Of a stretch of DNA of 64,000 bases, positions 1-7,628 are shown in pieces (the stretch's first letter is position 1; each line of letters opens with the position of its first letter). The stretch comes from Candidatus Micrarchaeota archaeon (lineage in GTDB: Archaea; Micrarchaeota; Micrarchaeia; Anstonellales; Bilamarchaeaceae), in assembly GCA_043812915.1 (NCBI GenBank), contig JBDRLQ010000003.1:128047-192046 (forward strand). Direction: 5' to 3'. The translations under genes were made by a program, and so were the position numbers. The notes under the pieces were generated by a model that was not told the origin of the DNA, did not search any database, and was given only the letters and a program-made list of their open reading frames with translations.

Positions 1-825
1 CCCGCTCTCATCGCCATGGACTGAAATCAAAGCGGCGTAAATCCTCGAAATGGCAGGGCCGTAGCACGTCTGCCAGACATACTCGTCCTTGCCATTCTCA
101 TCAGTGTACTTGATGTCGAATGCCCTGGAGAAGTTCTGCCCGAGCATATGCGTTGAAGGCAGCTGCAGCGTCCGCCCGTCCGGCATCAGCGTGTCAGCTG
201 CAAAGGTATTGACTGCTCCTGGGAACTTGTCCCATTGGGGCCTCTGGAAGAACAGGAAAGGAATCCCGTACTGCATGTGGAGCACCTCCTCGCTTATTTC
301 CATGTCCTCCCGCACCTGGTTCATCGCATCCTTTTCTGTGGCAAAACAATCGTGCGCCTCAATCCAGTAGAATTCCCTGCTCCTGATGAACGGCTTTGTT
401 GCCTTCGTCTCATGCCTCCACACCTGGCAGCGCTGGTAAAGCTTCAGCGGCAGGTCCTTGAGCCCGTGTATCCACAGCGAGTACATGGTGTACATCGCGG
501 TCTCGCTTGTCGGCCTCATGGCGTATTTCTCTTCCAGCTCATGGCTGCCCGCATGGGTGACCCACATGCACTCTGGAACGAAACCCTCCACATGCTCGCT
601 CTCTTTCGTGAAATAGCTCTCGGGAATGAGCGCTGGGAAGAGCGCCGGCACATGGCCTCTCCTCTCCACTGCCTCCTCCATCATCGCGTACATCCTGTTC
701 ATGGTCATAACCGACCATGGCCTGAATACCACAAAGCCCTTGATTCCATAGCGCAGGTCGCATAGCTCAGCGTCCTTGGTAATCGTATTATACCATTCTG
801 AGAAATCCGATTTGTCGATTTTCAT
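1..825 (-). CDS. proS: Prolyl-tRNA synthetase (archaeal/eukaryal-type class II), N-terminal ~275 codons; the 3' part lies beyond the window start
   Basis: Absent from the ORF track because the frame is open to the window edge. My minus-strand translation from ATG 825-823 gives MKIDKSDFSEWYNTITKDAELCDLRYGIKGFVVFRPWSVMTMNRMYAMMEEAVERRGHVPALFPALIPESYFTKESEHVEGFVPECMWVTHAGSHELEEKYAMRPTSETAMYTMYSLWIHGLKDLPLKLYQRCQVWRHETKATKPFIRSREFYWIEAH. This is colinear with ProRS. Track ORFs 89..370 and 235..765 are antisense shadows. Confidence 0.8.
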   Translation of the reverse strand, partial: MKIDKSDFSEWYNTITKDAELCDLRYGIKGFVVFRPWSVMTMNRMYAMMEEAVERRGHVPALFPALIPESYFTKESEHVEGFVPECMWVTHAGSHELEEKYAMRPTSETAMYTMYSLWIHGLKDLPLKLYQRCQVWRHETKATKPFIRSREFYWIEAHDCFATEKDAMNQVREDMEISEEVLHMQYGIPFLFFQRPQWDKFPGAVNTFAADTLMPDGRTLQLPSTHMLGQNFSRAFDIKYTDENGKDEYVWQTCYGPAISRIYAALISVHGDESG

Positions 826-920
826 TACTATTACCCCGTAGATTGAAGAACAATAATTCCAGCGGGAGTTTTAAAAAAGCAGGAGTATGAAAAACAGACC
901 TTTTTGGGATTTAGAACCAT

Positions 921-929
921 TTTTAAATA
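921..929 (+). promoter_or_regulatory. TATA-box-like element (ttttaaata) upstream of the 951 gene
   Basis: AT-rich octamer 22-30 nt upstream of ATG 951. The same spacing recurs at many genes in this window. Confidence 0.45.
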
Positions 930-950
930 GTTCTTATCACATATATAAGT

Positions 951-2000
951 ATGGATTCCCCTCAAAAATTCAGAAAGCTCAGGCATGATAGCATCTCCAG
1001 GAGAAGGAAGACAGGATACTCCATGGCAAAGTCCATGGTAGTTCCGCTGCTTTCATTTACAACATCAATTCTAGGCTGTGGAATGGGCGCGAGTACTGCT
1101 GATGGCAACAGGCCAGCAGTAACAGCTCCTGATAGCAACCATTCAAAAGCAAGACTAGGCCAGCAGTCGAAAGTGCCGACAGGCCCGGCAAAGCTCACTG
1201 CCCCTCCGGAAGATGAGGTTCTTCCGAACAAGAGGGTGGTAGAGCCAACCAAGAGCGCTGAGCCAAATCCGGATGAACATCCTGGAAAAAGAATGGAGCA
1301 GGTTGAGGATGCCATCTCCAATTTCTTCGGCGGAAGGGGAGAAAATGGCAGAATAAAGAGCGGGACAACCAAGAGCCGCAGCGAGATGCTTGATTTCATT
1401 GACAGCGCAAGATACCCGGAGAGTGATGGCAGCTCCGGAAAAAGGATGTTTCCAGGAGTTGCGGATGCGATAAGGGAGAATCCTCATTATAAGGGAAAAA
1501 GAGGGAGGGTTGCAAGGGCATTCCTGACTGCTTTTTCAGGAGAGAGGATCAGCCTATATAATTCCAGGGCCCTGCTTGAGAACATGCCCAGGACAGTAAC
1601 TGCATACATCGCACAAGCCATTGTAGGTGTTGGCAGGCTGGAAGATCTGCCAGAAAGAGATCCCAGACTGCCGCCCCTCGGCATGAGGAAGACCGCCTAT
1701 TGGTTCACGAATGATATTTCTTTCCTGGTTAGGCTCACTGGCCTGGTGGACCGGGAACCCGTGCACTGGGCATCACTTGATTCTGATTTGGAAAACAGCA
1801 TTCTGACCTGGCACAAGATGGGCCCCCAGACCCGCGAGCTTTGGAGGAGTGCAGGAGTAAATGCGCTCGTTGAGCCTCATGAACTGGCAAGATACGTCCG
1901 CGCCAAGATGAATAGGAGCCACCTGAAAGGGGTAGTTGGAGAATTCCCCCGTGAGCTGAACTACTACTGCCGCGATGATCTTGGAAAGTCAGGAAGATAG
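951..2000 (+). CDS. Hypothetical lipoprotein-like secreted protein
   Basis: 349-aa ORF. It has a basic N-terminus, then a hydrophobic segment ending in a lipobox-like SILGCG, then a Pro/Lys-rich disordered stretch and a globular C-terminal half. I recognise no family. Confidence 0.5.
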   Translation: MDSPQKFRKLRHDSISRRRKTGYSMAKSMVVPLLSFTTSILGCGMGASTADGNRPAVTAPDSNHSKARLGQQSKVPTGPAKLTAPPEDEVLPNKRVVEPTKSAEPNPDEHPGKRMEQVEDAISNFFGGRGENGRIKSGTTKSRSEMLDFIDSARYPESDGSSGKRMFPGVADAIRENPHYKGKRGRVARAFLTAFSGERISLYNSRALLENMPRTVTAYIAQAIVGVGRLEDLPERDPRLPPLGMRKTAYWFTNDISFLVRLTGLVDREPVHWASLDSDLENSILTWHKMGPQTRELWRSAGVNALVEPHELARYVRAKMNRSHLKGVVGEFPRELNYYCRDDLGKSGR

Positions 2001-2861
2001 CACTATTATCGCGGCTCCCAATACCATAAGAAGCGCGCCGGCAAAGCGCTTTAACAATCCTTTTTCTTTCAGGAGAACCCCTCCAAATATTACAGAAAAG
2101 AGGACTGACATCCTGTTTATAGAAATCACATAGGGCACAATCTGCAATGACCATGCGCTGAATGTGAGCGATGTCGCAATGACAAGCGCAAGGGCTGCCA
2201 GGGCAAATGCCCTCTTTTCTTTCCTGAAGCTTTCTACTATCGGCCTTTTCCTGAAAAATGAATAAGCGAGCAGCGCAGTTCCTGATGTCGTCAGGGCTGT
2301 TGCTGGAGTGAACATGAAATCAGAGTTGAGCATGGCAAGCTTGTCGAAATTGGCAAGGAAGGAAAAGAGGAGTGCCGTAATCAGCATGTATATCATGCCC
2401 CTGTTACGGATGATCTCCTCAAAAGGAGAGAGCAAATCATGCTTCGAATTCAGGTTGAGCACGTATGAGCCTCCGACAACAAGGAGAATGCCGAGAATGC
2501 CATCCGGATGCGGGCTCTCCCCGAGTATAATTGATGAGGTGAATATCAGGAAGAGCGGGGTGAATGCCAGCATCGGTATCGCGAGCGAAAGGTCTGTCAT
2601 CTGCAGTGCCCGGAAGTAGAGCGCAGCTGTTGCGATATTCAGCAGGACGGACATCGAGACCGCGAACAGGAACTGCTCTCCTATTTCAGGAAAGCCGTTC
2701 AGCGCTGACAGGGCCAGGAAAGAGAGCCCGGTCAGAAATAATGTCGCCCCGGAGACTATCAGCGGATCCACCCTGGAAACGAGCTTCTTGACCTCCATGA
2801 AATAGATGGCCACAAGAAAAGCGCCGCCAAGGGCGAAGAAGAACCAGAGCATAGCGACCAC
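1989..2861 (-). CDS. DMT/EamA-family membrane transporter
   Basis: 290-aa polytopic membrane protein with about 10 hydrophobic segments in two halves, typical of EamA duplication. Its 3' end overlaps the convergent 951..2000 gene by 12 nt. Confidence 0.65.
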   Translation of the reverse strand: MVAMLWFFFALGGAFLVAIYFMEVKKLVSRVDPLIVSGATLFLTGLSFLALSALNGFPEIGEQFLFAVSMSVLLNIATAALYFRALQMTDLSLAIPMLAFTPLFLIFTSSIILGESPHPDGILGILLVVGGSYVLNLNSKHDLLSPFEEIIRNRGMIYMLITALLFSFLANFDKLAMLNSDFMFTPATALTTSGTALLAYSFFRKRPIVESFRKEKRAFALAALALVIATSLTFSAWSLQIVPYVISINRMSVLFSVIFGGVLLKEKGLLKRFAGALLMVLGAAIIVLSS

Positions 2862-3337
2862 TACGATATTCCCTCGGCAATGGCGAGGAACTTGTCAACG
2901 AACTCATCGGCAACCTGCTTGTTTATCTCGAAGAGGGCATCGACATGCAGCAGGGCGGTCTCCGGGTCGTTCTTGCATAGAGACAAAATGAAAAGCGCCT
3001 TCTCCACTCTCGCGTCCTCCAGCATCTGCAGTGCCTTGAGCACCTCATAGCCTTTGGCATACCTCTTGAGCTCATAATAAGCGCATGCGAGGAAAACCCC
3101 GATTGCGACCATGTCCTCCTGGCTCTCAGCCAGGTTGAATGCCTTGTGCCCTTCGCGCAGGGCAGCGTTGAAGTTCTTCACGCGGTAGCACGACTTGGCA
3201 AAAAGATAGTGCGCCATGAGCGAGCCGGGGAACCCCTCCACGAATTCCTCGCTCAGCTGCACTGCCATCTCGTTATTCCTATTCTGGAGATAGAGGATAA
3301 TCTGCTTCACGAAGGAGTTTTCTCGCTCGAATATCAC
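2861..3337 (-). CDS. Hypothetical helical (TPR-like) protein
   Basis: The ORF is open to ATG 3415 (184 aa). That start would overlap the divergent gene and lie upstream of the shared TATA at 3353-3367. An in-frame GTG at 3337 sits about 27 nt from the TATA centre. ATG 3268 is another option. The sequence is helical with paired-helix character (AHYLFAKSCYRVKNFNAALREGHKAF..ACAYYELKRYAKGYEVL). Confidence 0.4.
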   Translation of the reverse strand: MIFERENSFVKQIILYLQNRNNEMAVQLSEEFVEGFPGSLMAHYLFAKSCYRVKNFNAALREGHKAFNLAESQEDMVAIGVFLACAYYELKRYAKGYEVLKALQMLEDARVEKALFILSLCKNDPETALLHVDALFEINKQVADEFVDKFLAIAEGIS

Positions 3338-3352
3338 AGGGTAACAACACAC

Positions 3353-3367
3353 AAAAAAATTAAATGG
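3353..3367. promoter_or_regulatory. Shared AT-rich TATA region (aaaaaaattaaatgg) between divergent genes
   Basis: ATG 3389 (+) and GTG 3337 (-) lie symmetrically about 27 nt either side of its centre. Confidence 0.4.
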
Positions 3368-3388
3368 TTTGGCATCCCTAATCCCATC

Positions 3389-3643
3389 ATGTTCGGCAGA
3401 CACAGCATCAGCCAATCCCCTGAAGCCAAGAAGAAGAGCCCCAGAGAGAGAAAGCGGGCCATGATAAAAGAATGCGAGAAGAAGTATGGGGTGAGCCTGA
3501 CAGAGGAGGAGCTTGACGGTCTGCTTGATGCGGCGCTTGGTAGTGGAGCGGTTTCCGGGGATACCAAGGGCAAGGTCAGGAAATGCCTGGTGGACAAGAT
3601 GAAGAAGGGAAAGGAATCAAAGATCCCGAAGAAAGGCAAATGA
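3389..3643 (+). CDS. Small basic hypothetical protein (84 aa)
   Basis: This is the downstream part of track ORF 3146..3643. ATG 3389 is about 27 nt from the TATA. Product: MFGRHSISQSPEAKKKSPRERKRAMIKECEKKYGVSLTEEELDGLLDAALG...KKGKESKIPKKGK. It lies immediately upstream of the DHH nuclease gene. An alternative start is ATG 3463. Confidence 0.3.
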   Translation: MFGRHSISQSPEAKKKSPRERKRAMIKECEKKYGVSLTEEELDGLLDAALGSGAVSGDTKGKVRKCLVDKMKKGKESKIPKKGK

Positions 3644-3655
3644 GGCATCATAAGA

Positions 3656-4957
3656 ATGTCTGAATTTCTTGAAAAGTGCGAAGAGGCCAGAAAGCTTGCT
3701 CTTTCTTTCAGCGAGCCGCTGATTGTGCACCATCACGACGCGGACGGCGTGAGCTCGGGGGCCATCGCGGTCGCGGCGCTGCGGGAGGCAGGTAGGAAGC
3801 CCAGGACCGAGTGCATAAAGAAGCTGGATGAGGCGTCCATTGAAAAGCTTGCGAATGAGAAGGAAATCATATTCACTGATCTGGGCGGGGGGAACCGGAG
3901 GGTTAATGAGCTCAATGACGTGCTCATCATAGACCACCACCAGACCGAAGGGATTGAAAAGCCGCAGATAAATCCCATGCTCTTCGGTATTGACGGGGGC
4001 GATGAGCTGAGCGCTTCTGGAACTGCTTACTGTGTTTTTCGAGTTCACGCTGACCTGGGAGTTGTCGGGGCGGTTGGCGATATGCAGTCTCCCCTGCGGG
4101 GCATGAACCGCTTTGTTATGGGTGAGGGGACCAAAAGCGGCGATGTGATGGTCGAGAACGACCTCCGTTTCTATGGAAGGTACTGCAGGCCGCTGGTACA
4201 GTTCCTCACTTATTCCGATGACCCCTACATACCGAATATCTCCTTTCGCGAGGACCGCGCCCTCTCGTTGCTATCAGAGCTCGGGATACCGCTGCTTGAG
4301 GGGGAAAGAAGGAGGGTGTATGCGGACCTTGATGAAGGTGAGAAGACAAAGCTAATCAGCGCGATAGCCAGAATCCTGATTAACACCAACCAGCTCAAAA
4401 AGACGAATGAGCTCCTTGGGGAGAGCTATGTTTTCCCCAAAAGGCCAAAGAACGAAACCTATGAGGCCAATGAGTTGAGCACCGTGCTAAATGCCTGCGG
4501 AAGGCACGGCCGCTCTGATGTCGGGCTGCGCATCTGCCTTGGGGATGAGGATGCGTATGCGGAGGGCAGGAAACTGCTGCAGCAGCACCGGAGGATGCTG
4601 AAGCAGGGGATTGAGTTCGCTTTGGGGAAGGTGCAGGATCTCGGCAGGTTCTATTTCCTTGATGGCAGGGGCGTGGTTGATGAAGGTATAATCGGAATCG
4701 TGTGCGGGATGGCACTCAGGCAGAGCTGGACAAAGCCAATCATCGGGATTTCGCTTGGGGAGAATGACACCATAAAGGCTTCTGGAAGGGCAGGGCGCGC
4801 TCTGGTGGAGGGAGGGCTCAACCTTGGGAAGCTGATGGGCGCTGCCGGAGCAGAAGCAGGAGGGATTGGCGGGGGGCACAGGATTGCCGCTGGAGCGTCC
4901 ATACCAAAAGGCTCCCTGAACAGTTTCCTAGTAGCCGTTGGAAAGTACTTCGGCTAA
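3656..4957 (+). CDS. DHH-family phosphoesterase, archaeal RecJ/Cdc45-like (GAN-type) nuclease
   Basis: 433 aa. DHH motifs are visible: HHHDADGVSSG near the N-terminus and LIIDHHQ. A C-terminal DHHA1-like GGGHRIAAGA is present. Size and layout match archaeal RecJ/GAN. Confidence 0.75.
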   Translation: MSEFLEKCEEARKLALSFSEPLIVHHHDADGVSSGAIAVAALREAGRKPRTECIKKLDEASIEKLANEKEIIFTDLGGGNRRVNELNDVLIIDHHQTEGIEKPQINPMLFGIDGGDELSASGTAYCVFRVHADLGVVGAVGDMQSPLRGMNRFVMGEGTKSGDVMVENDLRFYGRYCRPLVQFLTYSDDPYIPNISFREDRALSLLSELGIPLLEGERRRVYADLDEGEKTKLISAIARILINTNQLKKTNELLGESYVFPKRPKNETYEANELSTVLNACGRHGRSDVGLRICLGDEDAYAEGRKLLQQHRRMLKQGIEFALGKVQDLGRFYFLDGRGVVDEGIIGIVCGMALRQSWTKPIIGISLGENDTIKASGRAGRALVEGGLNLGKLMGAAGAEAGGIGGGHRIAAGASIPKGSLNSFLVAVGKYFG

Positions 4958-4987
4958 GGACGTAATCGACACTGTGGAAAAACGAAT

Positions 4988-4997
4988 GTTTAAATAT
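4988..4997 (+). promoter_or_regulatory. TATA-box-like element (gtttaaatat) upstream of the His-rich ORF
   Basis: Lies 32-41 nt upstream of ATG 5029 in the 71-nt gap after the DHH gene. Confidence 0.4.
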
Positions 4998-5028
4998 TTG
5001 ATGCAACTACTGAAAAGCAGGTAACCCT

Positions 5029-6399
5029 ATGGGAAGGCTCACAACTTTTTGCGTGTTGAGTGGACAAACTGGGAATGCCCAACGAACAAAGCCGGAGCCA
5101 GCGGATGCCCGGCCAAGGAAGCTTCCAGGAACCATGAACCTGGTGATACCCGCCTCTTATCTCCATTCTCTTGATCCTGAGCGGATAAGGAAGCTGCGGG
5201 AGTTCGTTCCATGGCAGTCGTACAGGAAGTGCAGCCGCGGCCTCTACCGCTATTGCAAGAGGGAGCGTGGAAGATGGCATCTTGCGCGAAGGGTAGTTGG
5301 CGGCATGAGGCACAATGCATATGACGAAGAGGGGAAAGCGACGCCTTTAGTGGACCCGCTCCGTCACCTGGCGCCAGGCCTGCCTGCGGGATTGCGCGGA
5401 ATCATTGGTGCTGCCCCTAATGGGAGCATCCTTGAAATGGAGCTGCTTCATGACTCATTCAATATACATATAATGACCCCTGCCCACTCCGCCTGTGAAC
5501 TTGGGCCCCTTTCTGTTTTCGTGCATGTTCCTGTTGCTATGGATGACGGGGTTCCGTTCCGCTTTTTGCATGAGGATTCTCCGCTCGCGGGGATGCAAGC
5601 GCATCCTGACATCGCGCTGACAACGCACGGGCTGGGGGCGGAAACGCGCCCGCATGATCTGGAAGCGCACATCGTTGTCCATGCCGGGCACCATGCACAT
5701 CACGGGCACCAGGAGCATGCCCGCGCTGGGGAGCCCGAGGCGTTTGGCGTATTCTTCCGCGCTTTCCTCAGAATCCCCGGCCTTGATCCGTATGCGGTGT
5801 GCACCGGCGGGCATTTCCATGCCCACCACGAGCACCATGGGCATCACCCAACAACTCATCACGGCCTTCACCATCCGCACCCCGGGCACTATCATTCCGT
5901 TCATGCACATGGGCATAACCAAGGCACTCATCACGCAGGGCACAATGCCTATCCAGAGCACCAAGAGCACCGCCAGCACTCCGGGCATCCACATGAGCAT
6001 CATCAGACCCACCACTCGTCAGGGCGCCCTGGGCCGGGACATCATTCGCGCCATGGGCACCATAATCACGGCGCTAACCGCCATGATGCTCATCACAGTG
6101 CCCATCATGCGGGCCACAACTTGCCAGGGCACCGCGAGCGCCCTACTCATCACGGGCAGGAGCGCTCCCGCCATGAGCACGGATGGAGCCTGAGATTCTT
6201 TGATGCGGTCTGGGGGAAGAAGGTGGGAATTGACCCCACGGCAATCGCGGAAGCCTCAGCTGCAAAGGCAGAGGCAGCCGCGGCCCATGAAGCGTCAAAG
6301 CCGCCGGAAGTCTCGAGATATCATGTGCTAGGAAGGCGGGAAAGAAGGTTTGTGAACCTGAAGGTGACCAGCGCCGCGGACGCGATGCCGCCGCAGTAG
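5029..6399 (+). CDS. Hypothetical extremely histidine-rich protein (putative metal-binding)
   Basis: This 456-aa ORF fills the entire gap between the DHH nuclease and RNase Z genes and has its own TATA. By my count residues ~209-385 contain about 55 His (HHAHHGHQEH, GHFHAHHEHHGHHPTTHHGLHHPHPGHYH, and similar). Two other frames are also open across the biased segment, so the frame assignment is not certain. Confidence 0.45.
   Translation: MGRLTTFCVLSGQTGNAQRTKPEPADARPRKLPGTMNLVIPASYLHSLDPERIRKLREFVPWQSYRKCSRGLYRYCKRERGRWHLARRVVGGMRHNAYDEEGKATPLVDPLRHLAPGLPAGLRGIIGAAPNGSILEMELLHDSFNIHIMTPAHSACELGPLSVFVHVPVAMDDGVPFRFLHEDSPLAGMQAHPDIALTTHGLGAETRPHDLEAHIVVHAGHHAHHGHQEHARAGEPEAFGVFFRAFLRIPGLDPYAVCTGGHFHAHHEHHGHHPTTHHGLHHPHPGHYHSVHAHGHNQGTHHAGHNAYPEHQEHRQHSGHPHEHHQTHHSSGRPGPGHHSRHGHHNHGANRHDAHHSAHHAGHNLPGHRERPTHHGQERSRHEHGWSLRFFDAVWGKKVGIDPTAIAEASAAKAEAAAAHEASKPPEVSRYHVLGRRERRFVNLKVTSAADAMPPQ
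5653..6183 (+). repeat. Low-complexity CAY/ATG-rich segment encoding the His-rich region
   Basis: The compositional bias keeps three frames open: +1 is His-rich, 5654..6193 (+) is Thr/Met/Ile-rich, and 5455..6015 (-) is Met/Val-rich. Confidence 0.6.
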
Positions 6400-6422
6400 G
6401 CTTCCGGAAATCGAGTCTTTTC

Positions 6423-6432
6423 CTTTATAAAA
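6423..6432 (+). promoter_or_regulatory. TATA-box-like element (ctttataaaa) upstream of rnz
   Basis: Lies 13-31 nt upstream of three clustered ATGs (6445, 6448, 6454). The spacing favours a leaderless start at 6454 (MLEITFLGTSG). Confidence 0.45.
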
Positions 6433-6444
6433 CATACCCCTGAA

Positions 6445-7335
6445 ATGATGCTTATGCTTGAGATAACCTTCCTGGGAACATCCGGAAGCATACCGACGAC
6501 AGAACGCGGAATGCCGGCCCTTGCCCTGAAATACGAGAGCGACCTGATGCTCTGGGACTGCGGGGAAGGGACACAGAGGCAGATGATGCGCTATAAGGTG
6601 GGTTACGGCTCAATCTCACAGGTCTGCATCACACACCCGCACCTCGACCATTACCTAGGGCTATCCGGCCTTCTTGAGACTATGAAGCTCTCGGCAGTCT
6701 CCCCGAAGAAAGTTTCTGTCCACTGCCCGGAGATATTTAGCGATGCCCAGAAGGAGCACTATCCATTCGTAGACTTCTCGAGGATGCGGAAGGGCATGTT
6801 ATATAAGAATAATAATTATAGTGTCAGCGCATTTCCGGTCCGCCACTGCAGGGGGTCATACGGCCTGATGTTCGAGGAGGCGGAAACAAGGAAATTCCAC
6901 GAGAAGAAGGCGCACTCCCTTGGCCTCAAGGGAAAGCTGTTCAGGGAAATCCAGCAGAAGGGGCAGGTGAGCGTGGAGGGAAAAAAGGTGACGCTTGACG
7001 AAGTCACCTGGCTGCGGCAAGGGCGCAAGATAGTATATAGCGGAGACGGGAGGCCTTCGGACACCACGGCGGAAGCCGCCAGGGGGGCCGACCTCCTCAT
7101 CCATGAGGGCACATTCGACTCGTCGAAGAAGGCGGAGGCCGAGGAAAGATTGCACTGCACGGTCGCAGAGGCGGCCGGGCTTGCGAAGAAGGCCAAGGTG
7201 TCGAAACTGATAATAACCCACGTCAGCCCCAGGTACTCCGACAATAAGGCTCTCGAGGAGGAAGCCCAGAAAATATTCCCCGGAACAAGCATCGCCTACG
7301 ACGGCATGAAGGTTTCTGTTCCTTTGAGGAAATAG
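6445..7335 (+). CDS. rnz: Ribonuclease Z (tRNA 3' endonuclease, metallo-beta-lactamase fold)
   Basis: 296 aa. It has the N-terminal ITFLGTSGSIPT, the HxHxDH motif as THPHLDHYLG, and the C-terminal ITHVSPRY, all typical of short-form RNase Z. Confidence 0.85.
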   Translation: MMLMLEITFLGTSGSIPTTERGMPALALKYESDLMLWDCGEGTQRQMMRYKVGYGSISQVCITHPHLDHYLGLSGLLETMKLSAVSPKKVSVHCPEIFSDAQKEHYPFVDFSRMRKGMLYKNNNYSVSAFPVRHCRGSYGLMFEEAETRKFHEKKAHSLGLKGKLFREIQQKGQVSVEGKKVTLDEVTWLRQGRKIVYSGDGRPSDTTAEAARGADLLIHEGTFDSSKKAEAEERLHCTVAEAAGLAKKAKVSKLIITHVSPRYSDNKALEEEAQKIFPGTSIAYDGMKVSVPLRK

Positions 7336-7393
7336 GCAAAACTACGTTTCTTTCCGTATGGGTATTTCGGTGATTGTCTTAAACGGAATGATG

Positions 7394-7437
7394 TTTTATA
7401 AACTGGAGTTTATGCTTCTCCAAAGACTTTATAAAGG
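7394..7437 (+). promoter_or_regulatory. Two TATA-like boxes (ttttataaa, ctttataaagg) far upstream of the S-layer gene
   Basis: Both lie about 190-235 nt upstream of ATG 7629, implying a long 5' leader. An SD-like AAGGTGA at 7618-7624 sits 5 nt before the ATG. Confidence 0.35.
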
Positions 7438-7628
7438 TTATGAAGGAGAGGGAAAGAGAATACGGGATAGAAATTGCTCTATCGCGTATCCGAGGGATAT
7501 TTTCCTTCGGGAATTTGGGCCATATCTGTGTCGAAAGGCATGGAGCCAGAAGAAACTTACCGCCGATAATATTTTTTTGTGTGGCCTGAAGGCGGTTTGG
7601 AAAAAAAAACAAAAACAAAGGTGAACAA

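Noticed and set aside
235-765. A 176-aa plus-strand ORF, and 89..370, at the window start.
   Set aside because: Both are antisense to a clear prolyl-tRNA synthetase reading frame, which the track omits because it is open at the edge.
4958-5450. Possible structured RNA (SRP RNA or RNase P RNA) in the weakly protein-like 5' part of the His-rich ORF.
   Set aside because: I could not find the conserved SRP or RNase P motifs, such as GAGGAAAGUCC-type CR-I or the GGAA/AGCA helix-8 motifs. Only trivial 5-bp hairpins are present. A covariance-model scan with Infernal/Rfam would settle it.
5455-6193. A Met/Val/Pro-rich minus-strand ORF (5455..6015) and a Thr/Met/Ile-rich plus-strand ORF (5654..6193) across the His-rich segment. 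The Met-rich one could be read as a Cu-binding membrane protein.
   Set aside because: Neither has promoter context or extends beyond the biased segment. The His frame spans the whole intergenic gap and follows a TATA box. I keep them as alternatives in the His-rich finding rather than as separate genes.
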